24,000 nucleotides of DNA from Candidatus Erwinia impunctatus (GTDB taxonomy: Bacteria; Pseudomonadota; Gammaproteobacteria; Enterobacterales; Enterobacteriaceae). Each line of letters begins with the position of its first letter. The first letter of the stretch is position 1. Under the pieces are notes generated by a model. The model did no database searches. It was not told the origin of the DNA and saw only the letters and a list, made by a program, of their open reading frames with translations. The position numbers were made by a program, and so were the translations under genes. The stretch is taken from contig OZ024666.1 of the NCBI GenBank assembly GCA_964016415.1, positions 1,011,310-1,035,309 on the forward strand, written 5' to 3'. Below, in pieces: positions 8,775 to 17,280 of this stretch.

Positions 8775-10202
8775 TTGTCAGCTAAATATCAGCAACTGAT
8801 AGCAAGAATTCAGACCCAGATTCAGGACCAGGTGTGGTTACCTGGTGAAAAAATACTCTCTGTTCGCTAACAAGTTGCGCTGACCGGATATAGCATGATG
8901 ACTGTTTTACATGCCTATCAGGTGCTTGAAAGTCAGGGATGGATTATCTCCCGTCCACAGTCCGGCTATTTTGTCACCCAGCTTGATACGACAGAGGCTG
9001 CTGGCAGTGCGTATTCTCCGGTGCAACTGGCTGAAACCATAGATCTTAACAGTTTTGTCTATGAGGTATTACAAACAGGCCGAGACGCAGCCATTCTCCC
9101 TTTTGCCTCAGCATTTCCTGATCCGGTTTTATTCCCACAGCAGCAAATAATTCGGGCGCTGACTTCTATATCCCGGGCATTAAAACCCGGTGATGCGATA
9201 CATCATTTACCACCCGGCAATGAACTATTGAGAAAGATAGTGGCTAAACGCTACGCTTTACAGGGGATGTCGATTTCGCCAGATGAGATTATTATCACTC
9301 ACGGGGCACTTGAAGCGTTAAACTTTTCATTACAGGCGGTATCCGAACCCGGTGACTGGATAGTGGTGGAAAATCCCTGTTTTTACGGTGCGTTGCAGGC
9401 TGTTGAACGGTTGAACCTTAAAGCCGTTGCTATTCGGCGTGATGCGCAGCATGGCATCGATTTGTCTGAACTGGAAAAGGCACTGATACGCTGGCCAATA
9501 AAAGCGTGCTGGCTGATGAGCAATCAGCACAACCCTCTGGGAACTACCTTGAGTACGGAAATCAAGCAGCAACTGGTTAAATTACTGGAACAGCATCGGG
9601 TAACATTGATCGAAGACGATGCTTATAGTGAACTCTATTTTGATTCACATAAACCGTTACCGGCTAAAGCCTTCGATGAGACAGGTTCCGTGTTGCATTG
9701 TTCTTCTTTTTCAAAAAATTTAATCGCCGGGTTCCGGGTAGGCTGGGTTGTCGCGGGCAAGTTCACGCAAAACATTCAGCGTTTGCAATTAATGAGTACA
9801 CTTTCTGTGAGCGCACCGATGCAATTGGCATTGGTCAATTATTTGCAAAGATACAGTTATGAGACGCATTTGCGTCGTTTGAGGCGAGCACTACAGAAAC
9901 GCGTTATGGCGGCCCGGGCGGCTCTGTTTAGGCACTTGCCTGCCCTGATCAGAATCACACAACCAACCGGAGGCTATTTCCTTTGGGTTGAGCTTCCTGT
10001 AGGGATAAATACCACTTTATTATATTACCGTTTGCTACCCCATAATATCAGTATTGCCCCAGGAGCGATGTTTTCATCCGGGCAGCAATACCAGCATTGT
10101 TTTCGCTTTAATGCCTCTTGGGAGTGGGGGAGTGAGCAAGAACGTGCGACAGAAATAATGGGGCAAATCGTTGCTGATATGCTAAATAGCCCGGATTGTT
10201 AA
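8775..10202 (+). pseudogene. ydcR: YdcR/MocR-family regulator (GntR wHTH + aminotransferase-like domain) interrupted by an in-frame TAA at 8868-8870
   Basis: From TTG 8775 (GGAG at 8763-8766) the frame reads LSAKYQQLIARIQTQIQDQVWLPGEKILSVR*QVALTGYSMMTVLHAYQVLESQGWIISRPQSGYFV, in the same frame as track ORF 8895-10202. The PLP-lysine motif CSSFSKNL is present. The sequence is collinear with E. coli YdcR from memory (MKKYQQLAEQL..SLRDQVALSGMS..). Confidence 0.8.
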
Positions 10203-10680
10203 ACTGTTGAGGCTGGTTTTTGCCCCCAGGTAAGGTGGTAAATATCATAAAAATCAATCTCACCTTTTTGTTCGACCAATTTCTTACACCTTGCCTGATG
10301 TGCCCTGGTACTTCACTGGTAGTCAGAATTTCCTCTATAGCCTGAGGAGAAAGCGTTCTGACATAAAACCATTCACCGCTGAAACAGACGCGTAAATCCA
10401 GTGCGTCGATATCCTCGAAGCGATAACGCGGGTTAATATCAAAAAGCATCAACAGGCTCATCAACAGGACAAATGCCGTTGCTCCCCAAAATGCAGGCCA
10501 GCCTAAAAAGTCATCAGAAAGTGTCAGTGCTGCGGTTAACGCATAGCAAAGATACATTGATACCCACAGGCCCGGATGCTTTTTCATAAAAGTGAAACTA
10601 AATCTCGGTTTATTATCACGCTGTTCCTGCTGATTTAGCGTCTCTATCTCGCGCAACAAAATTTGCTTTACGGCATTCAT
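10108..10680 (-). CDS. YlaC-like inner membrane protein (two TM helices), with a C-terminal extension
   Basis: 190 aa with two hydrophobic helices (GLWVSMYLCYALTAALTLS and WPAFWGATAFVLLMSLLMLF). The motifs RDNKPRFSF, KKHPGL, NPRYRFEDID and LRVCFSGEWFY resemble E. coli YlaC (156 aa, from memory). The last ~35 codons run antisense into the ydcR-like 3' end. Confidence 0.65.
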   Translation of the reverse strand: MNAVKQILLREIETLNQQEQRDNKPRFSFTFMKKHPGLWVSMYLCYALTAALTLSDDFLGWPAFWGATAFVLLMSLLMLFDINPRYRFEDIDALDLRVCFSGEWFYVRTLSPQAIEEILTTSEVPGHIRQGVRNWSNKKVRLIFMIFTTLPGGKNQPQQFNNPGYLAYQQRFAPLFLSHVLAHSPTPKRH

Positions 10681-10896
10681 ATCATTGCTCCGGACTTAAC
10701 TATCGGTAAAGTAAAACATGATCTTCATTAAGAAAGCAGACACAGATTATGCGAAAAAAATTATAACAGTTACGTAGATAAGCCGTGTGCTGTGGATTTG
10801 ATGATGCTTCGTCTTCGATAACGGGGAAGGTGGCAGCTTGTTCAGTTAGTTACAAACGTTCGTCTGATACCAGTACATGACGGCGGTGAGTGTCAT

Positions 10897-10918
10897 CCCG
10901 CCATCACAGAATGGCGGG
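10897..10918 (-). terminator. Hairpin 17 nt downstream of the RidA-family gene (possible terminator; no U-tract)
   Basis: cccgccat (10897-10904), loop cacaga, atggcggg (10911-10918): an 8-bp GC-rich stem. Confidence 0.35.
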
Positions 10919-10934
10919 TGCGACCCTGGCTGGG

Positions 10935-11306
10935 TTATAGCGCGATGATTGCTTCAATTTCTATTTTGAGCTCTGGTGAGAACAGTTGACGAATCTCAAC
11001 CAGCGAACTGGCTGGCAGATGATCACCATAATGTTTAAATAACACGGCACGCAGAGCATTGATCTCTGCAAAAGAAGTGATAAAAATTGTCACTTTAATT
11101 AAATTATTTAGCGATGTTACTTCAGATGCGGCAATGACATGAAGTTGCTGAAAAATAGCCTCTGCCTGTGTGGCAATATCACTGTGCTGAGCCGGTGTGG
11201 CGTAGGCAGTTAAGCCCGAGACATATAACGTATTCCCGTGTTTCACTGTATGGACGTACGGAGCATTTACTTCTCCCAGTTCCGGGTAATTTGTACGTAT
11301 CAACAT
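10935..11306 (-). CDS. RidA/YjgF/Rid-family (endoribonuclease L-PSP fold) protein
   Basis: 123 aa. ..YVHTVKHGNTLYVSGLTA..AEAIFQQLHVIAAS..LIKVTIFITSF..ASSLVEIRQL..KIEIEAIIAL follows the typical Rid-family pattern. A strong SD precedes the start (aAGGAGAcatcaATG). Confidence 0.8.
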   Translation of the reverse strand: MLIRTNYPELGEVNAPYVHTVKHGNTLYVSGLTAYATPAQHSDIATQAEAIFQQLHVIAASEVTSLNNLIKVTIFITSFAEINALRAVLFKHYGDHLPASSLVEIRQLFSPELKIEIEAIIAL

Positions 11307-11868
11307 TGATGTCTCCTTGTTTCTGTTAAGAACAACTTTTGTAACTGACCGATGGTTAATGGTTCAATTTCGTGGGTTTTCTGTGTGTGAAAAGCGATAT
11401 AAAGCCGATGAGATGGGTGTATAGACTGGTCTAGGGCGCGCTCATGTTGCCTGCGGTTATTAAATGAATTATATGTGGATTTATCTTTCCTGCAAGTCAG
11501 TATTGACTGTGAATCATCGCATAGCAGCATTTACGGCCACAAATTATGCATACTGCCCACTGACAAGGAGGACATGATCATTAACTTACCTTTAGTTGTG
11601 GTTTATCAGAGAGATAACGATAACTGACAGTTATCCTAACATGACAGCATTACCGGAGATTAATTCATCGTTTTATGCATGATTTAACCTTTTTAGATAG
11701 TAGATAATGAAAATTCTGTAATTTTTGAAAACAGTTCGCAAAATATTGATACAGTTTCTCTTATGAGTGTTTAGTCATTGAACCTGTAAGAACGATTGCC
11801 TACTTTTCTTTTTTGATCATGAACCATTATGGCGTAATGGCTTGGCTGGTGTAATAAAGGAGAACACT

Positions 11869-12489
11869 ATGCATAAAACGAAAAGTACCATCGAACAGGC
11901 ATGCCGTGAACTTGCTCCATTAGGGCATATTGATTGTCGCAGTCAGTTTGGTGGCTACAGTCTTTCTGTGGATAAAGTGGTCTTTGCGCTTATATCTGAG
12001 GGCGAACTTTATCTGCGTGCTTGCGAAGAAGCAAAGCAGTATTTGGTAGAACGGCAGATGGAACCACTGCTGTTTGATAAGAAAGGCATTCCTGTCATCC
12101 TCGATTACTATCTTGTGGATGAGACGCTATGGCAGCAATAGGAGCAACTGGATGCTTTGTCCGGATTATGTTTGCAAGGGGCGCGTATGCAGCGGGTTAA
12201 ATCTTCTCAGGAACATCGGTTGAAAGACTTACCCAATCTCAGTATGCGGCTGGAGTTATTATTGCGCCGGGCAGGTATTCATAGCGTAGAAATGCTAAAG
12301 AATTACGGCGCTAAAACCTGCTGGTTAAAGATGCGTGCCAGTAATAAAAACCTGGGGATCAATATATTGTTTGCTCTCGAAGGTGCGATTACTGGCCGTC
12401 ACTGTAGTGTCTTACCTGCCAAAGTGAAAACCGAACTGGTTGAATGGCATCGTAGTGCGACTGGCAGTGTGGAGAGTGCTAGCAGCTGA
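11869..12489 (+). pseudogene. tfoX: Competence regulator TfoX/Sxy split by an in-frame TAG at 12139-12141
   Basis: ATG 11869 follows AAGGAG. The N-terminal part is MHKTKSTIEQACRELAPLGHIDCRSQFGGYSLSV..GELYLRACEE..YYLVDETLWQQ, then TAG, then in the same frame EQLDALSG..RLKDLPNLSMRLE..GAKTCWLKMR..LFALEGAITG. Total 206 codons versus E. coli Sxy 209 aa (from memory), at the same locus next to yccS. Confidence 0.85.
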
Positions 12490-14623
12490 CGTTACTGTCA
12501 GCGAGTTCTTTTGTCAGTGCTCTGATTTCAGGCAGCAAGGTAATCAGCAAACCGATTTGCTGTAGAATTAAAGAGTCTTTACTTTCCGGCACGGCTTCAA
12601 TATTTTCGATACGACTTACAAGATTACTCGGATGCTTATCAGGATAAGCCGGCGCACTAACATCAGTGGTGTCAGAGAGAGCATCAATGTAGCAGACGAC
12701 TTCATCGAGTAAAGAAAGTAAGGTGAGGTTGTCTGATTTTTCTCTGTGAGCACCTAGAGCGGAAATGTAGCTAAGAGACGAATGGTTCAGACACAACAGT
12801 CGAAATGCTTTTTCCCTATAGGCATCAGAAACATTGCGTTCAACGGAGAGTTGAGAAACGACTGAAGCGAGAAGAGCGTCGTCGTTATGGGCATCCCGAC
12901 GGGCGATACGATAGTCCAGCCGGTTATCTTTTCCCTGATGGTACTGAATGACAATCGCATCAAGGTAGCGGCAGTTTGCGGCAAAAGTCCGGGTTGCCAC
13001 ATGAGGGAGTCGCCTGAAGTGCCAGTCGGGCCAGATAAACTCCACCGCACACCAGGCAATAGCGCAGCCAATGAAAGTATCGAAGATCCTCGGGAGCGCG
13101 ACCTGATACCCCTCGCCAAGCAGATTAAAACAGAAAAGTACCAGCAATGTAATAAACATAGTGGCTTGCGCATACTGTGACTGACGAAAGATAAAAAACA
13201 GAACGCCAAACAGAACGATAAGAGCCAGCTGAGCCTCCACCGCAGGAATCATCCATAAAAGAGGCAGACCGATAAGAACTCCCGCCAGTGTGCCCCCGAT
13301 GCGCAATGCAAGTCGCTGACGTGTTGCACTGTAATTAGGCTGACAGACAAACAAGCTGGTGAGTAAAATCCAGTAGCCGTGATCCAGTCCGGTTAACTGG
13401 ATAAACGCATAGCCAGTGCAAAGTACCAGAGACATTCTCACTGCATGGCGAAAAAGTGCAGACTCAGGCGTCAACTCACGTTGCAGGCGCAACCGAATAT
13501 TATGCCAGCCCGTCAGGCCATCACCCCGTAAGGTGTAGTGGGTATTGTCGGGTGTTGCGGCAACGGCTTGTTGCGATTCAATAGTCGCGAGTTGCCCGTC
13601 AATCGCCCGCAGATTGTTGAGCAGATGACGCATCGCCTGAATTTCCCGGCTGCGAGGATGTAGGGTATTCAGATGCTCAAGTGTAGTCGTCAAATGTTGA
13701 AAAACCCGGTCGAAATGAGGGTTATGCTGGTAAGCATCCTGCAACAGAATACAACGGGCTAGTTGCTGACAGGCGCGAGCCTGCATGGTCAACAACCACT
13801 GAAAACGAAACAGGATATCGCTGTAACGGAAAGTCTGACGCAGGCGATGATAATCGACATGCGAAGAGCTGGCGCGTTCGTGGATATCCTGCGCGACAAA
13901 ATAGTAATGCAGAGTTCGCCGTGTGCTGCGTTGACCTCGATCACCTTTGAGACGTGACTGGATAGAAGCCCTGGTTTGGTTCAGAGTGGCGACCAGTCGG
14001 CTGTTGGACATGGCGACATCGATTAAAGCCTGGTTATCGTTGGCTTCTATATCCGGATCAAAAACACTGGCTTTGGCATCGAGATAACCCGCCAGTTCAG
14101 TGAAACAGTAGGCGAGCTTCTCTTGTACGGGGCGTATCGGGAAAAGCACATGTCCTGCCAGCGTTAACAGATTGTACCAGATTGCACCAGCCACAAGCAG
14201 TATCGGTTGCAGGTACCATTCGGTAAACTGACCGGTACCCAGCAGGGTATAAAGTGCAATCAGTAAAGCGCCAAATGCAATGGTCGCATACCGCTGCCCA
14301 AGTGCGCCGAGCAGGATAAATCCCCAGGTTGAGAGGGTCAGCCCAATGATAAACAGCCATGGGTGAGGTGAGAGTAATTCAACTGAGACGGAGGCAAGGC
14401 AAAAACAAACCAGCGTGATAAAAAGATTCAGCAGGCGTCCGGAAAATCGGTCATCAAGATCAGCCAGACCCGCTGCGACGACACCCAATGTCAGCGGAAT
14501 TGTCCATGTGATGTGATTTGTCCACCAGGCAGCCCCGGCACACCCTGCAAGCGCAATAAAGATCCGCAATGCGTAAAGCAGCTGACCGTTGGCTGTGACA
14601 TGGCGTAACCGGGGCGTGATCAT
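12479..14623 (-). CDS. yccS: FUSC-family inner membrane protein YccS
   Basis: 714 aa, polytopic, collinear with E. coli YccS (717 aa), e.g. GQRYATIAFGALLIA, RRTLHYYFVAQDIHERASSSH, YWILLTSLFVCQPNY. The 3' end overlaps the tfoX 3' end by 11 nt (convergent). Confidence 0.95.
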   Translation of the reverse strand: MITPRLRHVTANGQLLYALRIFIALAGCAGAAWWTNHITWTIPLTLGVVAAGLADLDDRFSGRLLNLFITLVCFCLASVSVELLSPHPWLFIIGLTLSTWGFILLGALGQRYATIAFGALLIALYTLLGTGQFTEWYLQPILLVAGAIWYNLLTLAGHVLFPIRPVQEKLAYCFTELAGYLDAKASVFDPDIEANDNQALIDVAMSNSRLVATLNQTRASIQSRLKGDRGQRSTRRTLHYYFVAQDIHERASSSHVDYHRLRQTFRYSDILFRFQWLLTMQARACQQLARCILLQDAYQHNPHFDRVFQHLTTTLEHLNTLHPRSREIQAMRHLLNNLRAIDGQLATIESQQAVAATPDNTHYTLRGDGLTGWHNIRLRLQRELTPESALFRHAVRMSLVLCTGYAFIQLTGLDHGYWILLTSLFVCQPNYSATRQRLALRIGGTLAGVLIGLPLLWMIPAVEAQLALIVLFGVLFFIFRQSQYAQATMFITLLVLFCFNLLGEGYQVALPRIFDTFIGCAIAWCAVEFIWPDWHFRRLPHVATRTFAANCRYLDAIVIQYHQGKDNRLDYRIARRDAHNDDALLASVVSQLSVERNVSDAYREKAFRLLCLNHSSLSYISALGAHREKSDNLTLLSLLDEVVCYIDALSDTTDVSAPAYPDKHPSNLVSRIENIEAVPESKDSLILQQIGLLITLLPEIRALTKELADSNVSC

Positions 14624-14635
14624 ATTCAGTCTGTG

Positions 14636-15082
14636 TTAATTGAAGCGACGACGCGCATTGGCTTCACGGGCCGCCTGAGCCACCTCCACGGACACTACTC
14701 GGCGTCCAACAGGCCATAGGGCGATTGCTGCAATTTTAAAGTTAGCAATACCTACAGGGATGCCAATGATGCTGAGACATTGCACACAGCCAGCTACGAT
14801 GTGACTGATGCATAGCCACCAGCCAAAAAACACCAACCAAAAAATATTCAGTAATGTTCCTGCTGCTCCCAGAAATGCATTTTTCCCTAAGGGATCTAAT
14901 TCATCGATGTGAATAGCTTCATTGCCATAAGGTAAAAATGACAGTTTAGTAATTTCCCAGCACGAACGGGTCAGGGGTAAGGTAAAAATTAACAGGATGC
15001 TGATCAGTGTGGCAACTAACCACCCCAGTGTTGTAAAAAAACCACCGAGGATAAAATTGAGAATATTAAGCACAGTACGCAT
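14636..15082 (-). CDS. yccF: Inner membrane protein YccF
   Basis: 148 aa, MRTVLNILNFILGGF..IIGIPVGIANFKIAAIALWPVGRRVVSVE..AREANARRRF. Same length as E. coli YccF and near-identical from memory. Confidence 0.95.
   Translation of the reverse strand: MRTVLNILNFILGGFFTTLGWLVATLISILLIFTLPLTRSCWEITKLSFLPYGNEAIHIDELDPLGKNAFLGAAGTLLNIFWLVFFGWWLCISHIVAGCVQCLSIIGIPVGIANFKIAAIALWPVGRRVVSVEVAQAAREANARRRFN
14816..14823 (-). other. Chi site (GCTGGTGG on the minus strand)
   Basis: The plus strand reads CCACCAGC. Confidence 0.5.
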
Positions 15083-15213
15083 CGCCTGAGAACCTTTTTA
15101 GTCGGGAAAATTTATACTGAAATCAGTATAGGACATACTTTTTAGCAGTGCTGGAGAGCACCCTGACAACAGGGTAAACTATTATAAGCGTAATACAACC
15201 CACAGGCAGAGAG

Positions 15214-17271
15214 ATGGAATTAAAAGCAACCCGATTAGGTAAGCATCTCGCACAACATCCCTATGATCGAGTGAAACTACTGCATGCCGGGGTTGAGGTA
15301 AGCGGAGAGCAACATCACTATCTGATACCGTTCAATCAACTGCTTGATATTGTTTGTCGCCGTGGACTTGTCTGGGGGGAGCTGGAGTTTACTTTGCCCG
15401 ATAATCAGGTTGTTCGTCTGCACGGAACAGACTGGTCGGAGACTCAGCATTTTTACCAGATATTGAGGCAGAGCTGGCAAAGCTGGAGCCAGAGTATGAG
15501 TCAGGTTGCAGAGCAGGTATTGTGCGACACTGCGGATCGTATTGAAGCAATATTACAACAAAATCGCTGGCTGGCCTTTGAGGACATCAATCTGTTTCGC
15601 GACTGGGTGCATGAGACTTTTTCTGCCTTACCCCTTCCTGAAGCCCGACTCAGAGAATTTGCCGGATGCGAACGCTACTACAGCCTTTGTATACGCTGGC
15701 TGGAACAGAGTGAAACAGAGCGAAGTCGTTATAATCAGCAATGGGCTGCGCGACAAAAACAACATCACAGTGCTTTCTTCTCTGCGGTCGAACAGCAACC
15801 ACTCAATGATGCGCAGATAGATGCAGTGATTAACGGCGAAAGAAATACACTTTTACTGGCTGAAGCGGGAAGTGGGAAAACGGCGGTACTGATTGCCAGA
15901 ACTGGCTGGCTGATGCTTTCCCGGCAAGCGAGTGCAGCGCAGGTTTTGTTACTGACTTATGGTCGTCAGGCCGCAGAGGAAATCAACGAGCGTCTGCGAT
16001 TACGACTGCCTGAACATACTGTTACAGCCTCAACGTTTCATTCACTGGCTCTTTCCATAATTGAGCAGGCAACGGGGAAAAAGCCTCGTATTACCATGCT
16101 GGGAAATGACACTTCAGCACGGCATCAATTATTAATCACGGTCTGGCGTGAGCAGTGTGCGTCTAAGAAGTCGTATGCAAACGGCTGGCGTCAGTGGCTA
16201 AATGAGATATTTTCCGATCAGCTGGAACCCCTGGAGTTCTGGGGGGATGAACAGATTACCCAGCGCTGGGTTGTACGTGCAGATCGCTGGCTTGCTTTAG
16301 TTTTACAGCAGGAATTGACGCAGGCTCAATTGATTGCAAGTGCATCAGAATCTTCGCGTGAGCTTTTCTCCCGTCGGATTAAACTACTGGCACCGTTGAT
16401 TAAAGCCTGGAAAAAGGCCCTGAAAGAGGAAGGCGCTATTGATTTTTTCGGTCTGATTCGGCAGGCCGTAGCATTGGTCGAGAAAAAACGCTTTATCAGC
16501 CCGTGGAAGCATATTCTGGTGGATGAGTTTCAGGATCTCTCTCCTCAGAGGGCGGCTTTACTGGCCGCATTACAGCAACAAAATGATAAGATCTCACTCT
16601 TCGCAGTGGGAGATGACTGGCAATCGATTTACCGATTCAGTGGCGCAGATATGCAGTTGACTACCGCTTTTTCGCACTATTTTGGCGGTCAGCAGCCACC
16701 ACTGATACTTGATATTACTTACCGTTTTAATAACCGGATTGGGGCTGTCGCGAATGCATTTATTCAGCAAAATCCGGCACAAAGTCGTAAAGCGTTAACA
16801 AGTTTAGAACAGGGTAATAAGAAATCTATCGTTATGCTGCCAGAAAGTCAGACTGAAGCATTACTTGATAAAATGAGCGGTTTTGTTAAGCCACATGAGA
16901 AAATTTTACTGCTGGCTCGTTATCATTATTTAAAACCCTCATGGATGGATAAGGCGAAAACCCGCTGGCCAAATTTAGCCATTGAATTTATGACAATCCA
17001 TGCCAGTAAAGGGCAGGAGGCTGACTTTGTTTTGCTGACCGGATTGCAATCGGGCAGAGAAGGATTTCCTGCCCAGGATGAAGATTCCGTGATAGAAAGC
17101 GTCTTGTTACCCGCAACAGAGCATTTCCCTTATGCGGAAGAAAGGCGCCTGGCTTATGTGGCAATCACCCGTGCCAGACAGCAGGTTTGGTTGCTTTATG
17201 ACGCGCAACACCCCTCTTGTTTTGTTGATGATTTTGCGCAACTGGGAGTATCAGCATTGCGCAAACCCTGA
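15214..17271 (+). CDS. helD: DNA helicase IV (HelD), SF1 helicase
   Basis: 685 aa, MELKATRLGKHLAQHPYDR.., with Walker A AEAGSGKT, motif II ILVDEFQD, FAVGDDWQSIYRFSGA, TIHASKGQEAD and YVAITRAR. Collinear with E. coli HelD (684 aa). Confidence 0.96.
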   Translation: MELKATRLGKHLAQHPYDRVKLLHAGVEVSGEQHHYLIPFNQLLDIVCRRGLVWGELEFTLPDNQVVRLHGTDWSETQHFYQILRQSWQSWSQSMSQVAEQVLCDTADRIEAILQQNRWLAFEDINLFRDWVHETFSALPLPEARLREFAGCERYYSLCIRWLEQSETERSRYNQQWAARQKQHHSAFFSAVEQQPLNDAQIDAVINGERNTLLLAEAGSGKTAVLIARTGWLMLSRQASAAQVLLLTYGRQAAEEINERLRLRLPEHTVTASTFHSLALSIIEQATGKKPRITMLGNDTSARHQLLITVWREQCASKKSYANGWRQWLNEIFSDQLEPLEFWGDEQITQRWVVRADRWLALVLQQELTQAQLIASASESSRELFSRRIKLLAPLIKAWKKALKEEGAIDFFGLIRQAVALVEKKRFISPWKHILVDEFQDLSPQRAALLAALQQQNDKISLFAVGDDWQSIYRFSGADMQLTTAFSHYFGGQQPPLILDITYRFNNRIGAVANAFIQQNPAQSRKALTSLEQGNKKSIVMLPESQTEALLDKMSGFVKPHEKILLLARYHYLKPSWMDKAKTRWPNLAIEFMTIHASKGQEADFVLLTGLQSGREGFPAQDEDSVIESVLLPATEHFPYAEERRLAYVAITRARQQVWLLYDAQHPSCFVDDFAQLGVSALRKP

Positions 17272-17280
17272 AGTAATAAA

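Noticed and set aside
11300-11530. Track ORF 11300..11530(-) 76 aa upstream of the RidA-family gene
   Set aside because: It has no SD, an H/Q/R/T-rich composition unlike a folded protein, and it reads through the RidA gene's own SD. I treat it as 5' leader or promoter DNA. It could be the remnant of a decayed gene, but I cannot support that.
11724-11743. Possible CRP-S/CRP site (tttgaaaacagTTCGCAaaa) upstream of tfoX
   Set aside because: Only the right half-site (TCGCA) matches. The left half fails at either 6-nt or 5-nt spacing.
12787-14360. Track ORFs 12787..13209(-), 12887..13180(+), 13763..13957(+), 14097..14360(-)
   Set aside because: They are nested in alternative frames of yccS, with no independent signals.
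15859-15882. HelD Walker A reads AEAGSGKT instead of the AGAGSGKT I remember for E. coli HelD, UvrD and Rep (GAA at 15862-15864)
   Set aside because: The [AG]-x4-GK[ST] P-loop pattern is still satisfied, and other SF1 helicases vary at this position. All other helicase motifs are intact, so this is not evidence of inactivation.
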